DNA from: Eledone cirrhosa
Taxonomy: Eukaryota
DNA: 64,000 nt
Assembly: GCA_964016885.1 (NCBI GenBank)
Contig: OZ024740.1
Coordinates: 179,428,001-179,492,000, forward strand
Reading direction: 5' to 3'
Positions 13,924 through 26,773 of this stretch are shown one piece after another. A program made the position numbers and the translations under genes. The notes under the pieces were generated by a model. The model saw only the letters and a list, made by a program, of their open reading frames with translations, did not search any database and had not been told where the DNA came from. The number at the start of each line of letters is the position of its first letter. Position 1 is the first letter of the stretch.

Positions 13924-13998
<75 letters not shown>

Positions 13999-14329
13999 GT
14001 TATTTTATGTGGAATAATGTGTAAGATAAAGAAAAAAAACCAAATAATATTTAAATGAAATGATAATATTTGTCAGAATGCAGACAATATTAAATAAAAT
14101 AAATCAACCTTATATAAATTTGTAACATATTGTTTGCTACTGACAGATAATGTTTAGATTGAGCTTAATTTGTATGGTTTCTAATTCTTACACAAAGAAA
14201 TAATTCATTCAGAACACAAATTTTACATTAAATATATAAATAAATGCTAACAAAAAATATTGGGTTCTTAGTTCACTATGACAAAAAATTGGACTAAAAA
14301 ATATCATATGTATATATGTATGTATGTGT

Positions 14330-14861
14330 AATCTCTTTCTCTTAATTTCGAGTATATTTTTTTGACCGGCAACCTTCTTGGTGGCAAGGTTGTAAAAGAA
14401 AAGAAATTGACATCCCTTGAATCGCAAGAATGTTTTGCAAATTTTGAAGGTGCCAGCTATCGCAGCCATTTGTAGACTATGAATTAGGGAGCTGCGCTCT
14501 CTGTCCGCAAATCCAAGTTCAGTCATACTTTGGTCCGTGCGGGTTGGTATATAACCCGTAACTCCAATAATGATGGGTATGAAGCTAATGGTGTATCTTG
14601 GATACTGGATTTGTAAACTCCTCATCAATGGTCCGCAGATGTCCTCCTTCTCCTGTATTTTTCTGACAACGTTTATATCAAGTGGGCAGCTGATCTCCAC
14701 GACAGAATACGTTTTCAATGTGTGGTCCAAAACAAAAATATCAGGCCGTTTGTGCTTTAATTTGGTGGCAGTTTTTATTTTCAGGTTCCACCAGTATTCC
14801 TTAGTGCCATCTGTCTCAATATATCCTTCCTCGTTTGTTGTTAATTTTGTTTGTTGTTAAT
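14330..14861 (-). mobile_element. 3' fragment of an R4/Dong-like (RLE-type) non-LTR retrotransposon
   Basis: Minus strand EYWWNLKIKT..KHKRPDIFVLD..VVEISCPLD (RPD..E restriction-like endonuclease); homologous to 50590-50960. Confidence 0.85.
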
Positions 14862-14862
14862 T

Positions 14863-14946
14863 ATGTATGTATGTATGTATGTATGTATGTATGTATGTAT
14901 GTTTGTATGTATGTATGTATGTATGTATGTATGTATGTATGTATGT
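14863..14946. repeat. (ATGT)n microsatellite
   Basis: Direct reading. Confidence 0.95.
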
Positions 14947-14968
14947 TTGGATGGATATACATATGTAC

Positions 14969-15010
14969 TAGCATAGTACCCACCAATATGACAGGGTTTA
15001 TAGTAAATTG
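14969..15010 (-). mobile_element. Possible Helitron 3' terminus
   Basis: Minus strand ACCCTGTCA-tat-TGGTGGGT hairpin followed by ACTATG CTAG|T; extent of the element unknown. Confidence 0.35.
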
Positions 15011-15717
15011 ATTGCAACATTCTATGTAAAAGAGATTTTCCTCAAGATTTCCTTGACTTTATCGCTCATATCATTTTCGATCCACGATATTTAAGTTTGC
15101 ATTCATTTAAGTCAATTACAATAATTTTCTTCCATATTAAAAAAAGAAAGCAACAAAAAAACAGCAAATAAATATTCATTAAATGTTGAGGACTTTGTTC
15201 TATATTCGGACGACTGCTAGTAGCATTTGTCTTGTTCGAAAATAGATAACTATTTGTGGCTCGTAAATATTTTGTTAGTAGAGCCTTTTCTGTTGAAAGG
15301 ACTCGGCTGTTATTTCTAGCTGTTGATAAGCCTATTCACGCTCCTGGACTTGATGGTAGGGCGATGTGTATTTTTCCAAACAACATGTGCTTTTCGTCGT
15401 TATTCCTGATTTCTTCATAGATAGTTTTAAAACTTTTCCTTTGCTGACGTTCCAAGATTTAACATCTATGATTCAGCTATTAATGGTGAAATATATTTCT
15501 TTATTGGAATATATACAAAAGGAGATTAATCATTATTGCAAGGTATCTATATTCAAAGTTCTCCTTAAATTTTTAATATGCTACCTCCGTAACTATGTGT
15601 GGTTACACACTTTGCACTCTTTGCAAATTATCCCCTATCAATGTTTGATGTTTATTTTATAAATATTGTCAATCGATTTTTAATTTAATTTTACGTTAGT
15701 AAATATAAATACATATA

Positions 15718-15958
15718 TGTTGTTATACTTTGGGAGGGACATGTTGCTAATAAGAAACACACGCACCAGTTGCTTTAACTCGAATTTATTATAAATTAAA
15801 TTATAAATTTAAAAATTTATAAATTTCCGATTGTTCATATATTGTCAAAGTTCTTTCGTCACACATTATGTGACCTCTTTAGTGACTGGGGATTCTTTTC
15901 TTTGTTTTGTGCCTCTCCTTTGTTCTGTCCTACGCCATATTGTTTTTGTGTGTGTTGT
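15718..15958 (-). mobile_element. Solo pLTR of the PLE family at 1961-3770
   Basis: Near reverse complement of 3430-3720; contains a hammerhead with inactivating G5A change (CUAAAGA). Confidence 0.9.
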
Positions 15959-16367
15959 ACATATATAATTATGAGTTGAGGCATTTGAGCTTATTTCCCA
16001 CCTAATGTTGAGAAATTATTCATCCCCTTATATAGATTTATGAGAAAATATATCTGGCAACTATCGATTCGACAGAGTCATTAGAGGGTTGGTTATTTGG
16101 TCCACCATGCCGAATTCAAACTCTGTCGAGGTTCACCTGGTCTTTCATGCTTTCTGGATCGATAAGGAATGTTCCAGTCTATTGTTGGTGCTGCACTTTC
16201 TCCTAGCAGTCACAATATTGATGATTCATTGGCTAAATTGAAAGGGAGTCGAGAGGGATTCTGCGATACGTTCTGCATTACACGCCGTGTCAACACATAA
16301 ACACGTATGTCCCATTAATTCTCTGTAAAAAAAGTATATGCACTCATGTGTACGCACGACATCTCCC

Positions 16368-16480
<113 letters not shown>

Positions 16481-17619
16481 TAGCATATATAAGTATATCT
16501 ATAAATATAGGGAAAATACCAACATACTGAGCCACTTATTTGATATCTGGAATTGCGTGGTATATTAGTGAACGGGTTCTTATTTTCAAATTTGATATAG
16601 AAAACATGTCTGAAGTTTGTTGCATCATATATATATCTCGTTTTGGATAATATAATTCAAATTTCATCATGTAATGCCGAGATATCATATATATATTTAG
16701 AAAACAAAATTCCCTAACGAAATTCGTATTGATTCGAGATCCAATATTCAAGCCAGTATAATTTTATTAAGTCAGACTAAGAGAGGATCAATCATTGTTA
16801 CTTGCCAACAATCTGACAACACTGTTTCTTTAAGAATTTAAGAATACTTGGTGTCTGAATTATGTTAAAAAATATATTGCTTTATTGGCATTGAGTTATA
16901 CACTTTCGTATTTTTGAAATTATAATTTGATAGCAATGTTTGACGAGGCAATAGAGTATAAAACTGAGGTAACGATGTAAAAAGTCAGCTAAAATTCAAC
17001 GTCAGTGTTATCTACATTTAGTTTAGAATCATTTCACTCTAATGTTATGTAATCAGCTCGTTAAACATTTTCACAAATTCTGGGCTACGTGATGCCGATG
17101 TTTCGGGTCAGATCGTCGCACCTTCCTACATCTGGCCCCTTTCTAGTTATTTTCCAATGCCTCTGTCACTTAGCCAACATGTTTTCTCTGAAAGGAGACA
17201 CATGGTAAGCTCAATTATGAAACGTATATCTATAAGAAATATATATATATACACGCAAAAAACGTGCAGACAAAAGCGTATGCAAGCACATCTACACACA
17301 CAGGATGCACATATATACGCATATATGCCTCGCCCCATGTATATCTAATCACGCGCACGCACGCGACTGTATACACACTCGCACACACAGACACACACAC
17401 ACACACACACATATACATGCTTATATACACACGCACACTTACACATCCATACGTTCGGTACGTACACACACACACACACACACACATACATATACTCACG
17501 CATATTGACCTGTTTGCATGCACACGCATAAAAATGTGGATGTAAAAAAAAAAGGAAGAAGAAAAAAACAAAACAAAAAACATAGATGTAAAAACACAGA
17601 TATAAAGACACATACACAT

Positions 17620-17701
<82 letters not shown>

Positions 17702-17979
17702 GCACGGGCGCGCACATACGGAAGCGCTCGTGTACATATATAGAAAGTATACACACATTAAGGCGTTCAGACACATAGATACAGGGTGTAAAAAACTTGT
17801 GGAGAAGTAAGTACACATATAAAATTATAAGATTGGCTGCGAAAATATAAAAAATAAAAATATCTGGAGTGGAAAACGCAAGTGACCTTTAAAATCAGTT
17901 AGTCAAGAAAATAGGGAAGTAAAAAGTGGAAAGTGAAGATATTAGGTAAGTGAATCGGAGAATAAAGGGGGGAGGGGTC

Positions 17980-19565
17980 CCTTAAAGATCACAAACCCGA
18001 CTTTATTAATCGTCCTAGTTGTAGGTTAATCAACCTTGCTAAGACTGATATTGGTCTTGCCAGCAAAACATTTTAAAATAATATAAATACACACATTAGA
18101 AGTAAGTCTAAATTACTCCAATGGATAAATAGCTCTTCCGTAGTACATTGGTTTAATAATATTAAAAACAAAAATAGTTCTAGATTCACCCAATTTGACA
18201 TTGTAGATTTCTACCCATCTATCACTCAGACCCTTTTAGCGAAAGGTTTACTAGAAGGTTTACTAAGAAGAGAATGTCATCTTGCGCGCTAGAAACACTC
18301 TACTCTTTACTGATAATGACACTTGGGTAAAAATATCTAACCCAGAGAACCCATTCTATGTCTCAATCGGCTCTTATGACAGTGCTGATGTTTGTGATTT
18401 GGTCGGCCTATTCCTCCTACACACACTTAAAGAAAAATTCCCTAACCATATTTTTGGGCTTTATCGCGACGATGGTCTAATACTTTCCCATACCACCATA
18501 GGCCATAACTTATATAGATTAAGGAAAGACTTAATAAAAACCTTCGCTAGTTTTAATCTTAAAATTACTATTGACACTAACCTTTCCAATGTATATTTCC
18601 TAGATATAAACCTAGATTTGCCTACTGCTTCTTATAAACCATACCATAAACCTAATGAAAACTTAAAATATATAAATAAAGGCTCTTGCCATCCTCCTAT
18701 AGTTTTTAAAAACCTTATCCCTAATATTAGCCGTAGGATCTCCACCCTCTCTTCCTCAGAAGCTATTTTTAATAAGGCATCCCCCTACTATAATAAAGCC
18801 CTCCAAAATAGCGGTTTTAGCGAACCGATTAAATACATACCCAACTATACTAACTCTATTAAACATAAAAACAGGAAAAGAAAAATAATCTGGTTCACAC
18901 CCCTCTACTCTCTAGCAGTTAAAACTAATGTAGGCAAAAAATTCCTAGAGCTCCTAGATAAACATTTCCCTAGAACACATAGATACTATAAGATCTTTAA
19001 TAGAAACTGTGTCAAAATTAGCTATTCCTGCGGTCCCCCTATTAAGTCCTATATCATCAACAAAAAATCACCTAGAGAACATCAAAATTGCTCCTGTAGA
19101 ATCAAAAGTGAATGCCCATTACGAGGTAAATGCAACACCAAAGCCATTGTATATGCGGCTAAAGTGACAACCATCAGCAACAACCATCCAGCCACCAGTG
19201 AACGATATGTGGGTATGACGCAAGACAAATTCAAAACGCGTTATTACTCACATGTCGCATCCTTTCGACATCCAGAAAAAAGATTTACAACAGCTCTGGC
19301 TAGCAGAATATGGGATTTGAAAGACCAAGGTATCCAATATAAATTGGATTGGTCAATTTTGAACCAATCTAAAGAATATGCAAGAGGAACAAGAAAATGC
19401 ACGCTCTGCATAAATGAAAAATATTGGATCTTGCAAAATCTTAATACACCAAAGACCTGTCTGAACACAAAGACGGAAATTTTCACGAGTTTCCCACACA
19501 TGAAATCACACCTGCAATCCAGCTCATATAAACTTAACACACTTTCAGATACTTATCCTCCATAA
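17980..19565 (+). pseudogene. PLE reverse transcriptase + GIY-YIG endonuclease (N-truncated; 427-aa open segment 18282-19565)
   Basis: [11 protein letters not shown] and QFDIVDFYPSI upstream with stop/frameshift; IGSYDSADVCDLVG, YRDDG, FLDI, Cys linker CSC..CPLRGKC, IVY..YVGMT..FKTRYYSH, CTLCINEK. The Cys linker is typical of Neptune-type PLEs. Confidence 0.92.
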
Positions 19566-19634
19566 ACTCTTATTATTCTCTTTATAACTACCCTTTCTGA
19601 TTTACTTTCATTTTTATCCTTATTATTAATTTCA

Positions 19635-19851
19635 TTTTTATTTTTATTTTTATTTTTATTTTTATTTTTATTTTTATTTTTATTTTTATTTTTATTTTTA
19701 TTTTTATTTTTATTTTTATTTTTATTTTTATTTTTATTTTTATTTTTATTTTTATTTTTATTTTTATTTTTATTTTTATTTTTATTTTTATTTTTATTTT
19801 TATTTTTATTTTTATTTTTATTTTTATTTTTATTTTTATTTTTATTTTTAT
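19635..19851. repeat. (TTTTTA)n hexanucleotide array inside the PLE 3' UTR
   Basis: Direct reading. Confidence 0.95.
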
Positions 19852-20166
19852 ATTTTAAATTTTTACTTCCCATCCACCAATAACCCCCACCCTCTTTATT
19901 CTCCGATTCACTTACCTAATATCTTCACTTTCCACTTTTTACTTCCCTATTTTCTTCACTAACTGATTATAAAGTTCACTTGCGTTTTCCACTCCAGATA
20001 TTTTTTAATTTTATTTTTTATATTTTCGCAGCCAATCTTATAATTTTATATTTGTACTTACTTATCCACAAGTTTTTTACACCCCGTATTTATGTGTCTG
20101 AACGCCTTAATGTGTGTATACTTTCTATATATGTACACGAGCGCCTCCGTATGTGCGCACCCGTGC

Positions 20167-20222
<56 letters not shown>

Positions 20223-20356
20223 ATCTATATGTATGTATATGTGTCTTTATATCCGTGTTTTTACATCTATGTTTTTTGTTTTGTTTTTTCTTCTTCCTTT
20301 TTTTTTTACATCCTCATTTTTATGCGTGTGCATGCAAACAGGTCAATATGCGTGAG

Positions 20357-20408
<52 letters not shown>

Positions 20409-21176
20409 TACCGAACGTATGGATGTGTAAGTGTGCGTGTGTATATAAGCATGTATACTTGTGTGTGTGTGTGTGCGTGCGAGTGTGTATACAGTCGCGT
20501 GCGTGCGCGTGATTAGATATACATGGGGCGAGGCGTATATGCGTATATATATGTGCATCCTGTGTGTGTAGATGTGCTTGCATACGCTTTTGTCTGCACG
20601 TTTTTTGCGTGTATATATATATATTTCTTATAGATATACGTTTCTTGTAGATATACGCGTGTGTGTACGCGTGTACCTTGTTTGTCTTCTTTTCTTTAAT
20701 TTTTTCTTTCTAAATTATTGTTCCATTTTTATAATTATATCGAAAATGATACTTTCTTTTAATTATTACACTCCCTTACCTCTTTTACTTCCGCATATAA
20801 GTGTACGTGCGTGTGGGTGTGTTTATACGCATGTCTTCATATTCTTATAATGTATCTATTACCCTATTTCTGTGTACCTGCCAAACAGAAAACCACATCA
20901 TGTCTGTCTGTAGTTGACAGATACACAGATACACTTACCCTAACACATATATTTACACACACTTTTTCACTATACGTATACATTTGTACATACACATATA
21001 TGTACATCTGTGAGCGTATATACATACATATACACACACCTAACTATATTTCTTGAAAGATTTTTATATATTTCATATGGCTATTGTAATTCATTTGTCT
21101 ATATTTATATAATTTTTTTTTTTTTTTTTTGCTTTTCTTGATGAGACTTTCCAAGTATTTAGCCATGTTTTATATA

Positions 21177-21248
21177 GCCTCGTCTGACGAACGAATCAAG
21201 ACGTTTCTTTCGTATTCGCCTCATTCGGGAAACCTCTGGTAATGAGGT
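21177..21248 (+). ncRNA. Type I hammerhead ribozyme (canonical core)
   Basis: GCCUCGU CUGACGA A[CGAAU...AUUCG]G GAAA CC UCU GG UA^ AUGAGGU; 7-bp stem I, GUA triplet, predicted cleavage after 21241. Confidence 0.8.
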
Positions 21249-21273
21249 AATTATATTGTATTGATTTTTAGAC

Positions 21274-21358
<85 letters not shown>

Positions 21359-21361
21359 CGG

Positions 21362-21478
<117 letters not shown>

Positions 21479-22352
21479 AATACAAATATAAATTAGCGAG
21501 AATCGTTTTCAGCTCAGGAATTAACGAAAATCAACGTCCGATATGTGTGGCAAGCGCTCGATGAATCATATGAATCAGAGCTACAACATACGTTAAGGGC
21601 CAAATACACTGAGATGATGGTTAAACATATCATCCGCACAGCCAAAATCAAAACGACCAAGTAATTCGGGTCAAACAATAAAAATATATGTGTTGATACT
21701 TTCCCGGACCCTGGACTGATGGTAAAATCCAGTATTGGTTTCTGCGACTCCAAATCAAGTACTATCCGCCTACATAAAGAATGTTGGGCTTCTGGTGAGA
21801 TGATGAGCAAGGCAGTCGTGTTTTCAACGGGTTTTGCTCCAATATGCTATAGATAGTGTAGCTATTACTGACCCCTCGTGGGATTCAGCAAGGGAGGTAA
21901 CACCTCTATTAAGCGAATGATTCAGTTGTGTATTATTGCGAGAATGCAAAATATCACAAATCGAATAAAGCTCTCGACAGAATGATTAAATATAACAGAG
22001 CCATTCAACAGTCAATATAAGTAACTGAAAAAATCAATAAAATTAACTGCTCAATAGCTGGACTCTGGAGATTAATACAAATATAAATTAGCGAGAATCG
22101 TTTTCAGCTCAGGAATTAACGAAAATCAACGTCCGATATGTGTGGCAAGCGCTCGATGAATCATATGAATCAGAGCTACAACATACGTTAAGGGCCAAAT
22201 ACACTGAGATGATGGTTAAACATATCATCCGCACAGCCAAAATCAAAACGACCAAGTAATTCGGGTCAAACAATAAAAATATATGTGTTGATACTTTCCC
22301 GGACCCTGGACTGATGGTAAAATCCAGTATTGGTTTCTGCGACTCCAAATCA
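21479..22352. mobile_element. Unclassified terminally redundant non-coding element (595-bp unit + ~277-bp identical partial repeat)
   Basis: 21481-21757 repeats at 22076-22352; diverged homologue at 41492-42072; flanked by (TA)n. Confidence 0.85.
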
Positions 22353-22430
22353 TATATATATATCGGATATCTTAAAATGGTAAAATCCAGTATTGGTTTC
22401 TGCGACTCCAAATCATATATATATATATAT

Positions 22431-22742
22431 CGGATATCTTAAAATGCGGACGAAACCATGGTAGAGGTTACTAAATATGTTCACTTTTCTCCTAGTTTAT
22501 TTTACACCTAATTCTGTTTAGTTGACTGTATATCTGGTCGATTTATACAGGCTGTCGAAATACTCGATAAATACTCCGTCGCAACCACCGCGAAGGGCTG
22601 CTTTCGGTTATTTGTCGGAGATTTCTTCATAGGAGCCTTTATTCTTATAGCGTGGTCTAATTGATTTTTTATATTGTTCATTATGCTAATTGGGAGAGGA
22701 AACGGTATATATTTTATCTGGTGATTCTATAGACTTGTTTTA

Positions 22743-22745
<3 letters not shown>
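22431..22745. repeat. Unclassified dispersed repeat; second diverged copy at ~40965-41230
   Basis: Shared colinear blocks ACCTAATT, TTTCTTCA(T/C)AGG, TCTTATAGC, ATGCTAATTGGGAGAGGAAA, TATATATTTTATC..TGATTCTA. Confidence 0.7.
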
Positions 22746-22780
<35 letters not shown>

Positions 22781-22886
22781 GTTTGTATTTGTAAAGACAA
22801 AAGAATGCACGTATGGATATAGAATTTAAATGCAAATGCAAAAGATATTGTTGACAATTAGTCTTTTACCTTAAATTTGTTTAAAT

Positions 22887-22926
22887 ATCCTTAATTTTCG
22901 AGATAATATCTCTTCTTCAGAGGGAT
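22887..22926 (-). ncRNA. Minimal type I hammerhead ribozyme (canonical core) in the inverted pLTR
   Basis: AUCCCU CUGAAGA A GAGAU AUU AUCUC GAAA AU UA^ AGGAU; palindromic AAUU stem III. Confidence 0.7.
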
Positions 22927-23625
22927 GTAAAGTTGTTAAACCAGCGTTCTAAATAGCTTGCCAAGTCATGCTGACAGGAAATGGTATAGAGAATATGTTC
23001 TATCTCTAACGTCAAGGAGTGAAGGTTAGGTGGATAAAGAGTAGTCTCCCTTTAAAAGGGTTTTGTACATGTATGTTTAAGTGTGTGGGAGAATACGTGA
23101 AGGTGTAAGTATGTGTGTGTGTGTGTTTGAGTGTTAGAAGATATGTCTATACGTAAATGTGGGGGATAGATGCTCTATCGTGTTAAAACTGGTCTTTGTG
23201 TGTGTATGTGTGTTTGTGAGAGGGAATAAGTGGAGGTGTAAGCGCGCGCGTGTGTGTGTGAGTACGTGTGCGTGTGTGTGAGGGGGAGGGTGAAAGTATG
23301 GCGCTAGGTGCTCTAAAAAGTTATACATTGGGTGTTGAGTTCTAGTCTATCATTGAACATACATGTACAAAACCCCTTTTAAAGGGAGACTACTCTTTAT
23401 CCACCTAACCTTCACTCCTTGACATTAGAGATAGAACAGATTTTCTATACCATTTCCTGTCAGCATGACTTGGCAAGCTATTTAGAACGTTGGTTTATCA
23501 ACTTTACTTCCCTCCGAAGAAGAGATATTATCTCGAAAAAATCTTTTGCATTTGCATTTATATTCTATATCCAAGACTGCATTGTTTTGGCTTTACAAAT
23601 ATACACGTTTATACCTCTTTACACA

Positions 23626-26179
23626 ATGCTTCAAGTGAACTATAACTTCCTCCTCTCCTTACGCCTGAGCCAGGCCCAGTTCACAACTGTAAAGAAACTC
23701 TTCCAGCTATCTGAAAAGCGCGCCAAAGCTGGCTGCCAATAAACTTCCTCAAACGATGCCTGAATAACAACATCAACCCCCAAACTATCAAAAACTTGCA
23801 CCTACCAACATGCTTCAAATCACCAGGCCTCAAACGATCACTTAGTTACATACAAACATTCTGCCTAAGAAAACTCATACAACACCAACACCGCACGCTA
23901 CAACAACACATACGGACTATTTCCAGCCTTGTACCACAACTCGCTGCAACCCCAGAAACTCTGCCCAGAGTTATCTCCGCCGCTATAGACAGGTCATACC
24001 ACCATCGCCGAGACTACGAGAAAATACGCATAACGCAAACATTTCTCAAACTCAGCACGGCTAACCGTCTTAACAACAACCCAACTCTAAGCACCAACAG
24101 AGGCGAACAAGAGGGTACCAACGCCGAACCTAGCGGCGCCCCGACGAACAACACACCTGACGCAAAACACCTCGTCACAGACTTGACAGGATCCCTCTCC
24201 GAGAGGAATTAGACCTCCTCAGCCTGGGTCCCAAGTGCATATTGAAACAGAGACTGGACGACAAATTATGGCTCGACATAGAAAGAATTTCTATCGGGCT
24301 GCCTATCAACTAAAATAGATATCGACTCTCGCAAACAACACAACGGAATCTAACAAACCCAGATTCCTGATATACCAACTGGATCGCCCACTCTGTCCAC
24401 CGCCTGCCAACCGCGAGCTTGAAGAAAAACTCTCGAGGCTAAAACATTCCGTATTTAACATCTTACGGAAACAGCAGAAACCTCTCCAGGACACAACTCG
24501 CCCTGAAGAATCTACGGAATAGGGAACTTATATACTTACCATCCGGCAAAGGTAAAGAGTTTTGTATCATCTCTCAAACCACATACAACAACCTAGCCTT
24601 TGAACACCTAAGCGACAATGAACTATATACAGAGATCCCGGACATGACTGCTGCCCAGATCGAAAAACAGGCCAACTCCATCTGGTTCGACATCTGTAGG
24701 AGAAGACAACTCCCAAATAAAGTTAAGCTCAACTACACCACTAGAAATAACAGACTGCCCACTTTCTACCACCTCATCAAGACCCACAAGAATAGTACTA
24801 AGACACAAATAAGACCCATTGTTTCTAGCATAGAAGGACCCCTATACACAATCTCCTGGCTCCTCTCCCAGGTCCTCAAGCCTCTAGTCTCCACCTTTCC
24901 CGGGCACGTCAGTAGCTCCGTCGAAGTCATACATAGAATACACCAACTCCAACCAGGTCAACTTGAACTAAATAGATACGCCTTTAGCCTCGACGTTGTC
25001 TCCCTCTACACTACAGTCCCCGCTCATCCAGCTGTCGATTTATTGAAGGACTGCGTGGTTGCAGAGGACATCCACTGCTACGGCCCCCATCCGACGGACA
25101 TACACCAGCTTTTGTCCTTCACAGTAGACAGAACGTACTTCACCTTCCACCACCACACATACAGACAGACAACAGGATTACCCATGGGATCCAGACTATC
25201 GGGCCTGCTGGCCATCATCTATATGAACCAGCTAGACTGCCGAGCTCTCAACACCTGCCATTCCCATACCTTCTTCACCCGATATCTAGATGACATACTC
25301 ATCCTTACATCATCCCATGAGAAGGCGGATCAAATATACACGACATTCTCCAGCATGGACGCTAGTATAGAGTTCAGCATGGAACAGCCCGATGACCGCG
25401 GATCCTTATCCCTACTGGACTTCCAACTCAGGTTTACAGAGGAAGGCAACATCCATACCTGCTTCTATAAAAAAGCTGCCAGCAGGGACCTGTTTGTACA
25501 TTTCAGATCGCCCTCCCAGCCTGCGCTAAGTTCTGATACATAAGGAACGAATTAACACTTAACCGGAACAAATCCACTGACGCTGGAGTCCGAGACACAC
25601 CCACCACACATTTCCTGGAAGTACTCAAACTGAACGGATATACGACGTCCACCACGAACCGTGCCAGAAAGAACAGAGGACACCACACCCGAGGCATTAA
25701 CACCTGCTTCCTGAAGCTCCCACACTTCAGTGAGGAAACAACAACAGCCATCCGCAGAGCTATCAGACGAGAGGGACTAGATGTCCAACTAGCCCACTCA
25801 GGACCTTCTCTATGCGGACGGCTAACCAAACGACACTCCACCAGACATGACAGCCGCTGCAGGCTAGCCAACTGCCCCACTAACGACACAGACCTATGCC
25901 ACCAGGCTTACGTCGTATACAGATTAGAGTGCGACAAATGCAGCAATTTCTACGTAGGTAGCACCACCATACCACTTCACATAAGAATAAAAGGACACCT
26001 CAATACTAACGCTTCCTCATTTAGCGAAATGCAAAAACACCGACAACAACAGAGCAGTTACGATAGAAACTAAGAAAAGAAACCTAGGCAATCTTAGAAT
26101 TAAGGAAGCACTGATTATAGACAAAACACAACCACCAATCAATAATAGACGAGAACTCAACACCCAATTTATAACTTGA
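23626..26179 (+). pseudogene. PLE ORF (RT + GIY-YIG) broken by several frameshifts and stops
   Basis: MLQVNYNF start, NFLKRCLNN, LPTFYHLIKTHK, IRPIVS, SLDVVSLYT, QTTGLPMGS, RYLDD, LSLLD, VVYRLECDKCSNFYVGST..LHIRIKGH, RIKEALII..PPINN. Confidence 0.92.
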
Positions 26180-26584
26180 TAGAGCACTTAGCCCCATAAT
26201 ATCACCCCACCCCTCTTCCACACACTCACACGCACTCACACACGCACACACACGCACACAGACACACACACGCTTATACCTCCACTTATTCTCTCTCACA
26301 CACACATATACACACACAAACACCAGTTTTAACACGATAGAACATCTATCCCCCACATTTACGTATAGACATATCTTCTCACACACACATACACACACAT
26401 ACTTACACCTTCACGTATTCTCCCACACACTTAAACATACATGTACAAAACCGTTTTAAAGGGAGACTACTCTTTATCCCCCTAACCTTCACTCTTTGAC
26501 GTTAGAGATAGAACATATTCTCTATACCATTTCCTGTCAGCATGACTTGGCAAGCTATTTAGAACGCTGGTTTAACAACTTTAC

Positions 26585-26624
26585 ATCCCTCCGAAGAAGA
26601 GATATTATCTCGAAAATTAAGGAT
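26585..26624 (+). ncRNA. Minimal hammerhead, U4C variant (CCGAAGA), in the 3' pLTR
   Basis: Same fold as 22887-22926 with C at core position 4. Confidence 0.6.
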
Positions 26625-26773
26625 ATTTAAATAAATTTAAGGTAAAAGACTAATTGTCAACAATAACTTTTGCATTTGCATTTATATTCTATACCCATAC
26701 CTGTATTGTCTTGGCTTTACAAATACAAACGTTTATACCTGATTACACAATGCTTCAAGTGAACTATAACTTC

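Larger units (their letters stand above)
17219..21276 (+). mobile_element. 5'-truncated Neptune-like Penelope element with ~760-bp inverted pLTR arms
   Basis: 17219-17978 is the near reverse complement of 19883-20644; encloses the RT/GIY-YIG coding region; 3' end has a hammerhead and runs into (TA)n. Confidence 0.9.

Noticed and set aside
21716-21752. Hairpin-ribozyme loop B-like AGAAAC..UUAC on the minus strand; RNase P-like GGUAAA/GACAGAA words on the plus strand
   Set aside because: Required flanking helices do not form; matches are too short
21866-21928. HDV-like ribozyme words (CCCCUCGUGG..GCGAAUG) in the 595-bp unit
   Set aside because: No P1 partner could be found and the motif is not conserved in the 41492 copy
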